This document shows positions 1 to 14,300 of a DNA stretch of 64,000 nt, piece after piece. Positions within the stretch are counted from its first letter, which is position 1. Each line of letters starts with the position of its first letter. Source of the stretch: Fonticula-like sp. SCN 57-25 (lineage: Eukaryota); contig MEDX01000005.1 of NCBI GenBank assembly GCA_001724245.1, positions 1 through 64,000 of the forward strand, read 5' to 3'. The position numbers and the translations under genes are program-made. The notes below the pieces were generated by a model. It saw nothing but the letters and a program-made list of their open reading frames with translations, was not told the DNA's origin and did no database searches.

Positions 1-1223
<1,223 letters not shown>

Positions 1224-1276
1224 GATGATACACTGCCCCTCGAGTAGTCACGTGATTTGATTGTGGTGTTTCCAGG

Positions 1277-1698
1277 ATGGACAGCGGGCTGACGAGCGCG
1301 CTCGACGCGGTGTACGATGGGATGCCGCTGCTGAGCGCGTGCTGACGGCTGTGTGTAGTGTCGCGCAGAGCAATGCTTTGGGGCTTTTGTGTGTTGACGC
1401 CAACGGACTGACGCTGGGCGGTGCGTGAATCATGTTGACAATTGGCATGCTCATGGACTGTTGTTTGTAGCCCGCGGCACCGCGCCTTCCAACGCCGGCG
1501 GGTACGTCGCGGCCGTGCTGAGCCAGGCGCGCCAGCTCGATGCGAGCGCCGTCGTTGTTCTTGAGACGGATAACAAGTACGACCGCGCCCTTTTCCCTTT
1601 GCTCTAAATGCTGTGATGTCTGACGTGCCCCTCGCAGCACCATCCTGATGCGCGCCGAGGACGACATGTCGATGGCCATCTTCAAGAATCGCGAGTGA
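1277..1698 (+). CDS. LAMTOR5: Ragulator subunit LAMTOR5/HBXIP (4 exons)
   Basis: Splicing at donors 1312, 1421 and 1577 gives MDSGLTSALDAVVAQSNALGLLCVDANGLTLGARGTAPSNAGGYVAAVLSQARQLDASAVVVLETDNNTILMRAEDDMSMAIFKNRE, matching the LAMTOR5 pattern (GVLCTDxQGLxLGxRG ... VVxLExDN). Confidence 0.85.
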
Positions 1699-2071
1699 AT
1701 AAGCGAGAAAGGTACCAATTGAGTGTTTTGTGTTTTATTTCATTGTTTATAATGTTACTTTTCTCTTCTTTTGGCGGTTAATAAAGACTGCTTTTTGATG
1801 ATTGACTCTTTCATTGGAAACGGGAAATTGCAAAAAGAGGATGACAATAATGCAAAAACACGAAAAACATTACTCTGAAAACATAATAAGATCCCTATTA
1901 ACACACTTGTAACACTTTTATTGACGACATTTACTACATTGACGCAACACTCTGCGCAATGCCTGAATTGGAACAACCGATGCAACATGGGCATAAAAGC
2001 ACCAAAAAAGCACTGAAAAGCACCAAAAAGCACATAAAAAGCACCCAAAAGAGCCATTTTCACTTCATTCA

Positions 2072-3479
2072 TCACCACTCTGTCTGGATTTCCTCGTACG
2101 GAACATAGAGCGTCGGCGGCCTCGCCTTGATGATGATGTACGACAGCAGGTGCCCAAGCACCCACGCACCCACAAAAGCAACAAGACTGATCCAATCAAA
2201 CGTTGAGGCCACGTGGTAAGCGTAGCCGTTTGTCTGGTCGAGGTAGTTGAATAGGATGCGCGAGATGGTGTTTTGGAGGCCGACGACGGCGAGGAAGACA
2301 AAGCAGACGAGAATGTAGCGGTCAAGGAGCGTTTGGTACGGAATCTATGTGCGTGTGAGTGAAAATGCGCGGGAAATGAACACAAAATGAACAGAAAATA
2401 ATAGAAAATGAACAAAAGAAAGTCATTTGGATACAAACTCAATTGGATACAAACACAGATATGGATACAGATATCTTCAATACTCACGCATGCACATGCA
2501 CATACACACACAATAGCATACAATATCATATCATTTCTCAAACATAAATGTTCACAAACACAACAGAAAGCGCACGTTAGGGAGGTCCTGCTGGACGACA
2601 AACTTGAAAGCGACCGCCGTGAGCACCATTGTGAGCGTGACGCTGAGCCTGTCGCCCAGCTCGTCCGGCTCAAATACCATGCTCACCGCGCACAGCAGAC
2701 CAATCAGGAACAGCACAAGACTCACGTTCCACAAGTAGTACTCGCTGGCGCGCTCGATCTTGCACCGCACCGTCGCCCGCGGAAAGTGGTAGCCGGGCTT
2801 GTCGGGCACAGGGTCGATCACGATGTCGAGCGGCTTGGGGGGCATCCGCCACGCGGCGAGAAAGTTGGTCTCTGTGAGGCACTCTTTGCCGGCGTAGGGG
2901 ATGAAAACGACGTCCTTGGTGAGGTACAGGGACGAGATGCGGATGTTTAAAAAGTGGCGATCGAATGGGAACTTGCGCAGTTCGTACGGCTGATGGAGGT
3001 AAAAGTAAGAAAAAGTGACGAAAAGAGACCCAAAAACAACACAAAACCACAATAAAACATTCAAAATACACTAAATGTATCAGTGCGCACTTCGTAAAAC
3101 TCGCCGCGGTAGCGCGCAAAGTACCGCACGTAGCCCTGATCGTCCGTGTCAAAGTTGCAGCGGAGGCGCTCGACGATATCGGTCTCGTTGAGAAAATCGA
3201 TGTGGGGCGTCCAGCTCGGCTGCCATTCGGACAGCCACGCCTTGGAGTTGGCCAGATCGTCAGCCGTCAGCGAGGGATCCCGCCAGCGCATGTGGATCGA
3301 AAAGATGGCCGTAAACTTGCAGTCATTCACATTGACCTCGACCACGCGATACTTTACAACAGCAATCTACACATGTCAAGGTCAGCAACATCAAAAAACA
3401 AAAGAAAACATCAAAAAATAGTGCGTACCTCGACCTGGCGCGGATGATCCTTCTCGCTTTTCACCTTTTGAAGCTCCAT
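2072..3479 (-). CDS. Cys-less pentameric ligand-gated ion channel subunit (pLGIC); start uncertain
   Basis: MRWRDPSL..WTPHIDFLN, ELRKFPFDRH Pro-loop, IERASEYYLWN-M1, LGDRLSVTLTMVLTAVAFK-M2, LP-x-IPYQTLLDRY-M3 and an M4 helix, across 4 exons. Confidence 0.88.
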
Positions 3480-3800
3480 CGTCTCCTCGCTGCAGCAACA
3501 CCCCCGTACTGTCACTCGCTTGTTGACACTTCCGACGAAATCGGGCCTGACTCTGCCCTTGATTCAGGGGTGGATTTCGAAAATCAGGGGTACGGGCGCT
3601 CTGCGGCATCGCGGCAGAAAGTAAAAGGAACAAGAGAGAAAATAGGTAGAAAATATATAGAAAATACAGTCAAATGCAGGTAGGCAACCAATAAAGTGAA
3701 TGTAAAAAGAGGATATAACCCTTCAAAAGTGACTCTTGGCGGCTCATTATTTCTCAAAAGCATCAAGATATAACTAGTGTATTACTCTGCAAAGATACAA

Positions 3801-4883
3801 TTAGAGGAGCGTCTGGACGTCGATGACGGTGAGCTCCTCGTTATCGAGCCTCTTGTGCGTGGTGACGCCGCTGCCGTTCTGCGTAATCTCAATGACACGC
3901 GCGCGCCTCTCCCAGCCCTCGCGGCCGTACGTGCCGTAGCCGACACCGCCGCCGTAGCACGCCCACATACCCGCCTGGCTCGGGTAGAGCCCGCAGTAGT
4001 CGTTGACGTGGTCGTGGCCCAAAAAGGACGCGACGGTGTGCTTGGTGGCGAGGAAGGCGGCAAAGAGGCCCGAGTTGATGTCGGCGTGGTAGACGCCCTC
4101 AAACATGTCGCCCGTGCGGCTGTTGTCGCCGGCGTACTCGTACTCGAGGAGCGGGATGTGGAAGAAGGTCATCGAGCGGCGGAGGCCGCCCTGGCGGATC
4201 TCGAGCTCGGCGGACTGCTCGAGGTACCAAGCAACCTGGCTGGGGCGGACCCAGTCGTAGCCGGAGACGCCGGTCTGCTGCGAGTAGGCGCCAGAGTCAA
4301 GGAAGAACAGGTTAAAGGCGGCGGAACTGCAAAAAAAGTGTCGTCAGTGATCAGGATTTCATGAAGACAGGGATGCGCACCCGTCCTCGGCGATGAGCTC
4401 GAGGATGTAGTTGCCGACGCCATCGACGTCGGCGGGGCCGGCGCTCGAGACAGCGTAGGGGAGGTTCGTGATGACCTGCATCATCTCGGTGTTGTCAAGG
4501 TTGCCCTCAGAGTCGTGGTTGCCAAAGACGGCGGCCCACGGGATGCCGCGCTCGACGCACGGGGCGCTAAACTCCTCGATGGCCCACTCAGCGTCCAGGG
4601 GGCCCGACACATTGTCGCCGGTGAAGACGGCGAGGTTGGGGCGCTCGGCGTCGAGGACGCGCGCGATAAAGTCGGTGGTGTTGTAGTCGCTGCACGGGCG
4701 CTGATCGGGGCTGATGTCGCTGCACTGCTTGAGGGTGCCAGAGGTGAAGTGGATGTCGGCAAACTGGGTGATCTTGAAGGTTCCATCAGCGTTCATGTTG
4801 AGCTTGACATTCTCGGCGGAGGTGACAGCCGCGAGGAGAGCGACAACCGCAATGACGGCGGCAACAGTAGCCGCGCGAGGCAT
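3801..4883 (-). CDS. Secreted calcineurin-like phosphoesterase, DCR2/PAP14-type
   Basis: Signal peptide; FKITQFADIH, VFTGDN, FGNHD, FFHIPL, GHDHVNDYCG and GGVGYGTYG motifs; one intron ~4290-4380. Confidence 0.9.
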
Positions 4884-5292
4884 GACGGGCGGGATCGTGT
4901 ACTCGCCGTGCACACAGTGCTTGGGGTAAAGTAACCAATCAGAGAGAAGGATCAGTGCATGCATCGCGCGGTTTCGACCAATCACAGCCGCGATACAGCG
5001 TGAATAGAGTGGTCTATGGCAAAAAATGATAGAACATTATTAGTCACTTTTAGGACACTTTCGAGCACTTTTTGGGCATATTTCCATAGCAATGCACTCA
5101 TGAGACACTAACTATTTCAAATGAACAGTTTCATATTGTCCAGCATGGGCTCATTCTCATATCTACTTTGGTACTCTATATTAATACTAGCACTCTATCA
5201 CTCGCGCTGCACTTAATGAACACGTCGAAAGCGACGCGCAAAAAAAGACAAGAAAACTATTTCGAAAACGGTGTTTCGATCTACCTCGTCAC

Positions 5293-6722
5293 TCAGAGCG
5301 CGGCCTCGATCGGCTGCTCCTCTTCGCGGCGACCCGCCTGCCCGAGCTTCTTCCACACATCGAGGTGGTTAAAGTAGACCCCCCTGAGGTGGCGCGGCCC
5401 CGAGAAGCCGTAGCGCGCGTGCAGCATGCGAAAGTTGTCGTAGAGCACAAAGTCGCCCGACTCGAGCATGAACGCAAGGCGGTGACGCTAAAAGGTGTGT
5501 CAGCATTTCACGATTTCCCGCGCGATTTTTGCCTGATCGGCCAAAGATGTGCGTACCGGATCGCGGAGAATGTCCGAGTACTTGTTGTACGCGCGGTAAA
5601 ACTCTTCCATTTCGCTAAAGGGGAGGTTGTGCGGCGCGAGGGTAAAGTACGAGTGCCTGATCTGCGTGATGTCGTCGGGTCCGTTCGTGCCAAGCTGAAT
5701 GATTGGCCCGCGCCAGACGCTCTCAAACGCCTTTTGGCGCCTATGGAACGCCACCGGGACGGTCGTGAGCGTGCGCCACGCGGCGTAGTCCGTGTCGCGG
5801 AGGAAGAGCGCCGCCTGCCGCGAGTCGACGACAAAACTTTCGCCGCCGACATCGGCGCGGCGGATCGACTGCAGAAGCTGCATGCCGGGCGGGTCGGCGA
5901 TGAAAGGCTGATCAGTGTGCAGGTGGATCTCGGCGTTGGTGTAGCCGAGCTGGTCAGTGTTCTTGTTTGTCGTGTTGTCCGTGCGGAGGTCCTCAATGCG
6001 GCCAAAGTGGGTCTCGATCACGCTCGAGCCGCGCGGCAAAAAGTCATCACTGGAAAAATGTCAGCACAAGATCAATCAGCCAAGCCTGCGCACATGATCG
6101 CCTCGGTGTCGAGGCCGCGGTTGCGCACGACGACCGCACCGGTGCGGCGAAGGCGCTCCTCGCACGCGGAAAAGTAGCTCGGGTCAACCGTGCCGTCGGG
6201 CTTAAGGAAGGATGTATAGTCGATCTCGACCAGGCGCATGTCATTGGTCGGGCGCGCTGCGGCCTGCCAAGATGCCGATCAGCCACAAGGAACCCCAGCA
6301 CAAAAGAGCGCACCTTGCGGTCGGTGCCGTACGCGTGCTGCACGAGCCACGGGAGGCTAAAGACGGACGCGTGGGCGGGCGACTCTTGCCACTCGACGTG
6401 CAGGTTTGCGCCATCGAGGCGCGCAGAGGTGGGCTTGATCGTCATCGGGACCTCGGAGCTGTCCACGAGGCGCTCCAGCGTCTTGGGGTGGCGGCACCGC
6501 GGGATGCTGTCGCAGTTGTGGCGAAGCCAAAAGTAGTGGTAGTCATAAGTGTGCCTATGCGATGCCTTCGTTAGCCGCCGCGATCTCGCAGTCCCTGGCG
6601 TACCCATCGAGATTGAGGCGGAGATAATTGTCATCAAGCTGAACTTGGGAGGCCATCGCAGCCGAATACGAGCGGGTTACCGGGACCTGTAGGCCGCGAC
6701 GCGCCACTCGAAGGAGAAACAT
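5293..6722 (-). CDS. Mitochondrial TauD-family 2OG/Fe(II) dioxygenase (gamma-butyrobetaine/trimethyllysine dioxygenase-like)
   Basis: Arg-rich presequence MFLLRVARRGLQ; YFWLRHNC...CRHPKT N-terminal domain; LHTDQPF (HxD); DNFRMLHARYGF C-terminal motif; 4 introns. Confidence 0.88.
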
Positions 6723-7253
6723 GCCGACGGTCGATACGGATCACGGTATGGTCCGCCGGGTCATGTAAATACTGGAAAAACATGCTCCGTCGGACCTTGT
6801 TTAGAATAGGGTTTTGGATTGGACCCCATGATCGGACCCCACACTCCCATATTACGCCATCATCAAACAAAATGCTGACTGCGCAAAGTGGCGATCCTGC
6901 CGCTGTCCTGCCGTCGGCGCAGGAGTTTGACATGTGAGATAGTCCATAATTACGATATGGCTGCACCGGCGACATATACGTCATTGGCGCTAACTGTAGC
7001 CATATTTGGACAAGTCTATGTGCGGAATACTATGCCATATACCATGCACTAAAGTGCAGCAGATTCCCATTGTGCAAACAGGCCGCATGCCAAATGATAT
7101 GACACAATGACATTGCTGCCTCCGTGAAATGTTAAAGTATCGTGCCCCGTGCTCAGCTTCTTCTCAGCATTCCCTCGCATTAGTTATATGAAAGCAACAA
7201 GGGTCATAGGAAATGAGTTATGAATATTGTATTTGACATTGCAAACTAGACGC

Positions 7254-8199
7254 TTACGCAACAAGCTCGCAAACACCACCAACCTGCTTAATCTTCTCCT
7301 CAGCCTTGCGCGAGAAGAACTTGGCGCGGACAATAGCGGGCTGGTTGAGGGCAATACCCTTGCCGAGAACCTTGAAGAAACCCTGATAAACGAGGAAAAT
7401 GGCGTTAGGTTTTGCTACAGAAAAAAGATATCAGTAACGTACGGCGCGGACGCAGTCAATGACGGGGACCTTGCCGTCCTTGCGGGCAGCGTAGTTCGTG
7501 CGGGTCTGGTCCGAAACAAGAGTCCAGAGCTTGTCGACGTTCACGGTGGGGGTGAAGTACTTCTGGTTCGTCTTGTGGTAGTGGCGCATACCGACCTTAC
7601 CGAAGTAACCGGGGTGGTACTTGTCCATCATGATGCGGTGGTGGTGCTGACCACCAGCGTTACCGCGACCTCCGGGATGCTTGCGGTGCTTGCCTGGAAA
7701 CGAGAACGATTAGCGCAACGCTTTGATGGAATCGGCAATGACATACCAACACGGCCATGACCAACGCTGACCGAGCCGCGCGTCTTGCGGGACTTCTTGT
7801 GGCGGGTCGTCTATAATACGAATTCGCAGTTAGACATCTGTAACACAAGAGGCAATCGACACGAGGAATCAATCACATCAACATCTCGCTACACGACGAT
7901 CGACACACAAGTGCTATCCACATCCAACAAAGCAAGGAAACCCGCGGCACACAAAACGAGCGCGCGCAGTAACGAGGGCCTCCGAGCAAACACAAACGAG
8001 GATGCGATGCCCTCGCACAGATGGATTAGGCTGCATGGATGCGACCTGTGCATCCATCCGTGCATCGGCGGATCCGGCGTCTCCAGCACGCCAGATGCTC
8101 TCGCCACCGCATCCATCGCACATACAATAGTCATCCCAACCACCCGCTACCCACAGCCCACTCCAGAAGCCATTGCGCCTCGCAAACCGTGCGCACCAT
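7254..8199 (-). CDS. RPL27A: 60S ribosomal protein uL15 (L27a/L28)
   Basis: [43 protein letters not shown]; first coding exon appears to be the ATG alone at 8197-8199. Confidence 0.96.
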
Positions 8200-8337
8200 C
8201 TTCGCTGAGGACTCGGCGAGGACGGCAGAGAGAAAGAGGATGCTACTTGTGAGCGATGCGCACAGGATGAATCAGTGAGAGACGATTCCACAAGAATCGT
8301 CTCACTGTGGGCAGGGTTGTCACAACCCTGTCAGATC

Positions 8338-8856
8338 ATGTCACAGGATGCTGCGCCGGGCGGCACGCCGGCCGAGCCGAGCGAGCGGCCCGCTCCTACC
8401 ATGACCATGGAGGAGCAGCGGGAGCGCATTATTGAGCGCAACAACCGCAACAAGTTCACCGTTGACAACATCAAGGCGGCTTTGCCCGAAGTAGATCCCA
8501 AGGATATCGCCCGCCTGGAGCGGATTCCGTGCGCCCGGGACTCGCTGCTGAGCGGCCTGGGCATGGGCACCCTTGTGGGCTCTGCGGCGTTCTTCATGAT
8601 GCGCCGGCCAATAATGGCCTCCTGCAATTGGGCTGTCCTGTCGTTCTGCGGCGTCTCGCTTGCCTCGTGGGAGTACTGCACGCGCAAGAAGGAGAACGAC
8701 TACCAGTTCATCCAAAAGGTGATGCACGCGTCCAAAGAGTACGAGCAGCTCCGTCGCGAGCAGGCGCGCAAGGAGGGCGACATGACCGCCGAGGCCGCGG
8801 GCGTCAAGCGAGTGCCCCCGCTCGAGCTCGAAGACGTCCCCGCCTCCAAAAAATAG
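8338..8856 (+). CDS. COX20: Cytochrome c oxidase assembly protein COX20
   Basis: IPCARDSLLSG...SCNWAVLSFCGVSLASWEYC family signature with two hydrophobic segments. Confidence 0.88.
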   Translation: MSQDAAPGGTPAEPSERPAPTMTMEEQRERIIERNNRNKFTVDNIKAALPEVDPKDIARLERIPCARDSLLSGLGMGTLVGSAAFFMMRRPIMASCNWAVLSFCGVSLASWEYCTRKKENDYQFIQKVMHASKEYEQLRREQARKEGDMTAEAAGVKRVPPLELEDVPASKK

Positions 8857-8982
8857 ATCCATACTTACCTGTCATCTACCTCCCTTTTTGCTTCAGTGTA
8901 TACAATGCCATGTGGGCGCGCAAGCCATTCCTGTAAAAGAGTTACAATATATTGTTGTAGAAATACACGCGATTGCGACCCG

Positions 8983-11047
8983 TCACGCTGGCTCGCTGCT
9001 CGCCGCCGACGCGGGCCCCCAAATACGGACCGTGTGGTCGTCGCTGGCCGACGCGCAGAGCGAAATGTCCTGCGTGCTCCAGGCGACGCAGTTGACCGTG
9101 CCCGTGTGGCCCTCCAGCGTGGACACGAGCGCCTCCTTTCGCCACTGCCAAATGTACACCTTGTTATCTGTTTTCCAGCGTGAGCGGTGCAAAATGAACC
9201 CATTATTGATTGCGCACCCTCGCTGCCGCTGCACACAAAGTTGCCCTCGGCGCCGCCAAAGCACGAGCGGATGACGAACCGCGGCTGCCTGTGCCCTCTC
9301 AGCGTCGACACAACCTTTTTCGCCTGAAGATCCCAGATGTGGATCGCGTTCGACGACACGCTCACGGCGGCGTAGCGCCCGTCAATCACCGACAGCGACG
9401 TGATGCTGCTGTCCTCGGGAAGCTCGACGTGCGAGGTGTCGCCGTCACGCCAGCTGACCAGGTTGAGGTTCCGACCAGAGCAGACAAAGATGAGCTCATG
9501 GGGGACGCGCAGCACAGCAAGGTCAATCACGCGCTCAAATTCGCGCTGCCAGACCAGCTCGCCGGTCGTTTTCTGTGAGGAAAATCAATACGGGAATGAC
9601 GTAAGCAAATTAAGGCGTACCCACACGCAGATCGACTTGTCCTGGCTACCGGTGGCAAACGTATTGTCATCAATCCACGCGCTAGAAACAACAACGTCCG
9701 TGTGCTTCTTTGTCGACCTCACAAGCGTTCCCTGAGCATTGGTGAGCCTAAACTCGTCCTCATCTTTAAACAACGCACGTTGGCCTCCCAGAGGCGGAAT
9801 GACGCGTCGTGGCAACACGTGACGAGCTTTTCGTCGTTCGGACTCCAAGTAACGTGCGAAATAGCGCTCTTGTGCCCCGCGAGAACGTGCAGCTTCTTGC
9901 CCGTCGCCATATCCCAGACGATGGACTGCTCGTCGCGCGACGCCGACGCGACCCTCGTGCCGTCGTGCGAAATGGCCACGTACCAGACTTCGTCCGTGTG
10001 GCCGCGCAGCACGTGCAGCGTCTTGGTGGGGAGCCGCCCGCTGCCGCACTCGTGGTCCTCGTACAGCGTCAGCTCGTCGGCCGATACGTGGTGGTACAGG
10101 CAGTCGCGGGCTTGCGAGTCCATCCACTGCTGAAGCAGATTTTCAAGGCGGCGCTCGGGGACAGCAAGCGAAAACAAAAACAGACCTGCAATGCAAAAAG
10201 AGACAATGCGTTAGAAAAAGAAGAGAAAAAGGTCAAGTTCGTGCCCTTGAGCTTGTCGAGGAGGCGCGCGCGGCTGTCGCCGCCTCGGCCTGACCAGTCG
10301 GCGAGCTTGCGCAGCTCGTCCGGCGTCTGCGTCATCATGTAGCTGGGGTGCAGCTGAGCAGGTGCACATCATCAAGAATCAAAAGAGGCGTACCTAGACA
10401 GCGTGTGGAGGTCTTCAGAGCACTTTTCGAGCGGCATCAGCGACGAGCGCAGCACGACGAGCGCCTCGGTGGCCTTGCCGTCCTCCAGCAGCTCAAGGTA
10501 CCGCTGCTGATCAATAAGAAACCATGCCGACTGAGGCCGCGTCAGCACGAGAATACGAGCAGAAAGGCGCCGGGAACGTACCTGGATGTCGGCGTTGGCG
10601 CGGATCTCGAGCTTGGGCAGCATCTCCTTGACCGACTCCCACGCGCCGTTGAGGACGGCAGCGCAAAAGTCGCGCGCCATCTGTGACTCGAGTTGAAAGC
10701 CAGACTCGCGCTCAAGGCTGCGGGCGGTGTCGCTGCGGGCCCTCGTCAGTCAAGTTGAAAGGAAAATAAGGCAAACTAGAGAATGGATCAAAATCAATGA
10801 AACCAACGCACCGGTAGCCCAGGGCCTCCAGCTCTTGCACCATCAGGCGCACGATCTCTTCCTCTCGAAGGTTGCCAAGCGTCCTCGTCGTGCCGTTGGT
10901 GCGGCTTTGGACCGATGATCCGGCCGCGGCATCGCTGCCATTGGCCATGTCTGTGTGGCGGGCGCGCTTCCGGCGGGGCGAGTTGTCCGGGTCAGACGAC
11001 AAGACGGCCGACGACAATGAGGCGCCAAGCGGACCGGCAAGTCGCAC
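8983..11047 (-). CDS. WDR26: LisH-CTLH WD40 protein of the GID/CTLH E3 complex (multi-exon; start uncertain)
   Basis: [16 protein letters not shown] (LisH), QQRYLELLE (CTLH), [40 protein letters not shown]. Confidence 0.9.
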
Positions 11048-11390
11048 TACAGAGTCTTCCGAAAGGGACTCAGGCTGCGCGCGCGGATGAGTTCAGGCCA
11101 AGGCAATCATCGAGCGGGGTTAACGCACATCGTCAGCGGCTAGGTCGTCCTCGTCGTGGAGCCGGCTCCGCCTCAATGCCGACTGGCGACGCAGATCCAG
11201 TGTGCGTCGCGCGGCGCTGGTATCTCCCTTTCACGCAAAGGGAACACCGCCGCCGACTGGGATACGGAAGGAAGGCCGACTCGGCGTCGCAGCAGGAACG
11301 TCCCCTGTTGCTTACGCCGGTGATGAGTCAGTTTACGCCAGATTCTTGGGTGGATTCCTGGGTTGAATCCAGGGTAAGCGAAAGGGGAGG

Positions 11391-14300
11391 ATGACACACT
11401 CGTCTCGACTTGTGCGGCAGGGCTTGTCAACAGCCGAGCGCGATTCAATGTCGGCCGCGCCTCCGCAGGGGGGCGGCGGAGCGCCGCAGCCGTCTTCGTC
11501 CTACACGAGCACGGCACTAAGCTATTTGACATTTGGGTATTGGGATGACACAGAGGCGCCTTCTTCGAGTCGGCCGCCGTCGATCCCTCCCGCGCCGCCG
11601 AAGCCACCTCGCGGCGATCTTATGAGCGCGTCTTCCGCAATTCAGTCCGAGGAGCAGCGCCGTCTTTCATTAGCAAACAGCCTCACGAGTCGGCCTACGA
11701 ATCCTCGCGGCCGTGGGTCCTCTACGCCCACGATGCCCGATGAGCCAGAGGCCGATCCGTGGACGGTTGATCACATTGGCACCAACAGCATTGCGGCCGT
11801 GACGAACGATCCGACGGGGAAAGTGGTTGATTTCAAGCCGTCCGTTCTTCCCCTGGTCCCGCCGACGGTCTATCCGCCCGTGTCGATGCTCGACTTTCAG
11901 CCCTTTTTCGACGAGCTCGCTACCGATCTCCCGCGGTACCAGCGCCGTCGCGCCGCCGAGCGCGCCGCCGCGGCCGCGGCCGCTGCCTCGTCCTCCACGC
12001 CCTCTTCCCTTTTACTTCACTCTGTCCCGCCGCTCTTTTTCCGGCCCGACTTTACATTAGAGAACCCGTCGACGTTTGACGCTGTGCTCGGCGGCGACGA
12101 TCGCGACGGCTCCTTTGCCTCGCCGCTCGTGCAGGAGCAGCTCACCGGCTACCTCGACCACGTAGAAGGCGAGATTGTCGAGCAAATTTCCCACCAGTCC
12201 GACAAGTTCTTTGAGGCGGTTGGCCAGATGGAGGAAGTCAACAATGCGGTGCGCGACGCGTGCACCAACATTGAGGATCTGCGGCTGCGCACCAAGAGCC
12301 TGCGCGACGAGTTTTACTGCCGGCCGCACTCTGTCATCCGCTCGCACCAGAAGCGGCGCAATTTGGAGGCCGTCTACGAAAAGGTCAAGCTCATCTTTGA
12401 GATGCGCGAGACCGAGGCCGCCGTGCGGCAGCTCGTCGAAGGCCGCGAGTACATGCCGTCCCTCGAGCTCATCCAGTCGGCCGAGCACACGCTGCGCACC
12501 GAGCTCGTTGGCGTCAAGGCCGCGTACGGCGTCGCCATTCAAATGCGCGAACTGGTACGCATTTCACACTTTTTCTGGCCAGTTTATTTCATTTCTGATG
12601 CGCTGCTTGGTAGTCGGGCGAGGTGGAGCGCGGCGTGTCGGGCGAGCTCGTCGGCAAGCTGGCCATGCTCGCAATCCCGAACGGGCTCGAAGTCGCGCCA
12701 ACATCGATTGGACCTCTAGACTCTGACGCACTTTTAGGCCTTTTGAGGCAGTACGCAAGCGCTTATCCCTTTTTCTGTGGCTAATCTTGTTGTGGCAGGG
12801 AGGCGCTTCATTTGGTGCAGGCGGTTGTACAGCTGCGCCACGCGCACGAGGCCATCTCACAATACCAGTCAAGTGTCATTGCGCGTCTCAAGCGCGTCGT
12901 AAAGTTTGCCGTGCAGGGTGGCCTCGCGCGCATCAAGGCCGTCGATGGCGACGAGCTCGAGCAGGGCGCGTCGCTCGCGCAGTACCTAAAAACAATCACG
13001 CCGGACCAGTTTATGACGGCAATGGGCGGCGTTTTTGCCGTGCTTCGCCACGTGGCGGAGCGCGTCGCGGCCATTCACCTCTTTTTGTACACGGCGCTCA
13101 GCGATATGGGCGCCGCAGCGACAGAGGGAGGCGAAGGGGAAGGCGAGGAAGAGGGTGATGAGGCGCAGAGGAATGCGTACTTGAGGCAGCTTGCAGTAGA
13201 TTCAGAGGACGTTATGGTTGCCGTCGGGGAAATGTCGCACGTGCGATGCGCAAAGGTGCGATTTTATTTCATGTTTTTGTTATCGAAAATGGTCTTTTGG
13301 GGATCTTCCATCAAGAATGAACTTTTTTCTCTCTTCCATTTCAGTTTTCAGTTTGCTAACCCCTTCTTCAGCTGCTGTCCGTGCGCAAGGACCTCACGAA
13401 TCGCCTCCCTCCCCGCGAGTTCATCAAGCTGTACAACATGGTCGACCAGTACGTCAACGAGAGCGAGGACAGCTGCGGCCACCGCTTCGTCGGCCTCCGC
13501 GCCACCATCGCCTCCCAAGCAAAGTCCTTCTTTGCCACCTTCCACGCCGAAAAGCTCGCCGTCATGGCCATGGTCGTCGACAATGACCCCTGGGAACACG
13601 CGCTCGTCCCTATCGAGTTCCAGCACATTGTGCACGCGATCGAGACCGGCCGGATGTCGTCGATTGACGGCCAGCAGCAGGACCAGCCGCTGCCCGTGCG
13701 CGTCGCCGCGGCCGCCCCCGACGACGCCGACGGCGACAATGAGCTTGGCGACGGCGGCGATGAGACTCGTTCGGACGACCCGCTCGCCTCTGCCTCGTCT
13801 TCGTCGGCGGCGCTGTCGGCCGCGTCGGCGCCGTCCGACATTGCGCAGGTGCTCATGGTGGGCGACACGGCGTACCCCGTCGTGTCGGCCGTGCTCATGC
13901 TCGTCAAGGCCGTCGCGCAGTACCTCGAGTGCGCGCTGAGCATCCCGTCGCTGTCGACCGACGCGACAAGCAGGCTCGTCGACCTTTTCAGGCAGTTTAA
14001 CCAGCACGTGGCAAATGCCATTTTGGGGGCGCGCGCGAGAGAGTCATCTGGGCTGGCCAATGTGACCACAAAGCACTTGGCGCTCGCGTTCAATGCGGTG
14101 GGGGCGGTCGATGCGCTTGTTAATCCGGTGAGGGCGTTGCTGCAGACGGCATTGAGGGACAGCCGTATCGTGCTGCTCGGTGAGTTTGACGGCGTCAGGC
14201 AGGTGCGTAGCGTGATTTGTGTGGCATTTTGATTGACGATTGCTGGTAGAATTTTGCGATTCATCGAAAGGGGCTTGTCGAAAAGATTGTGTTTATTATG

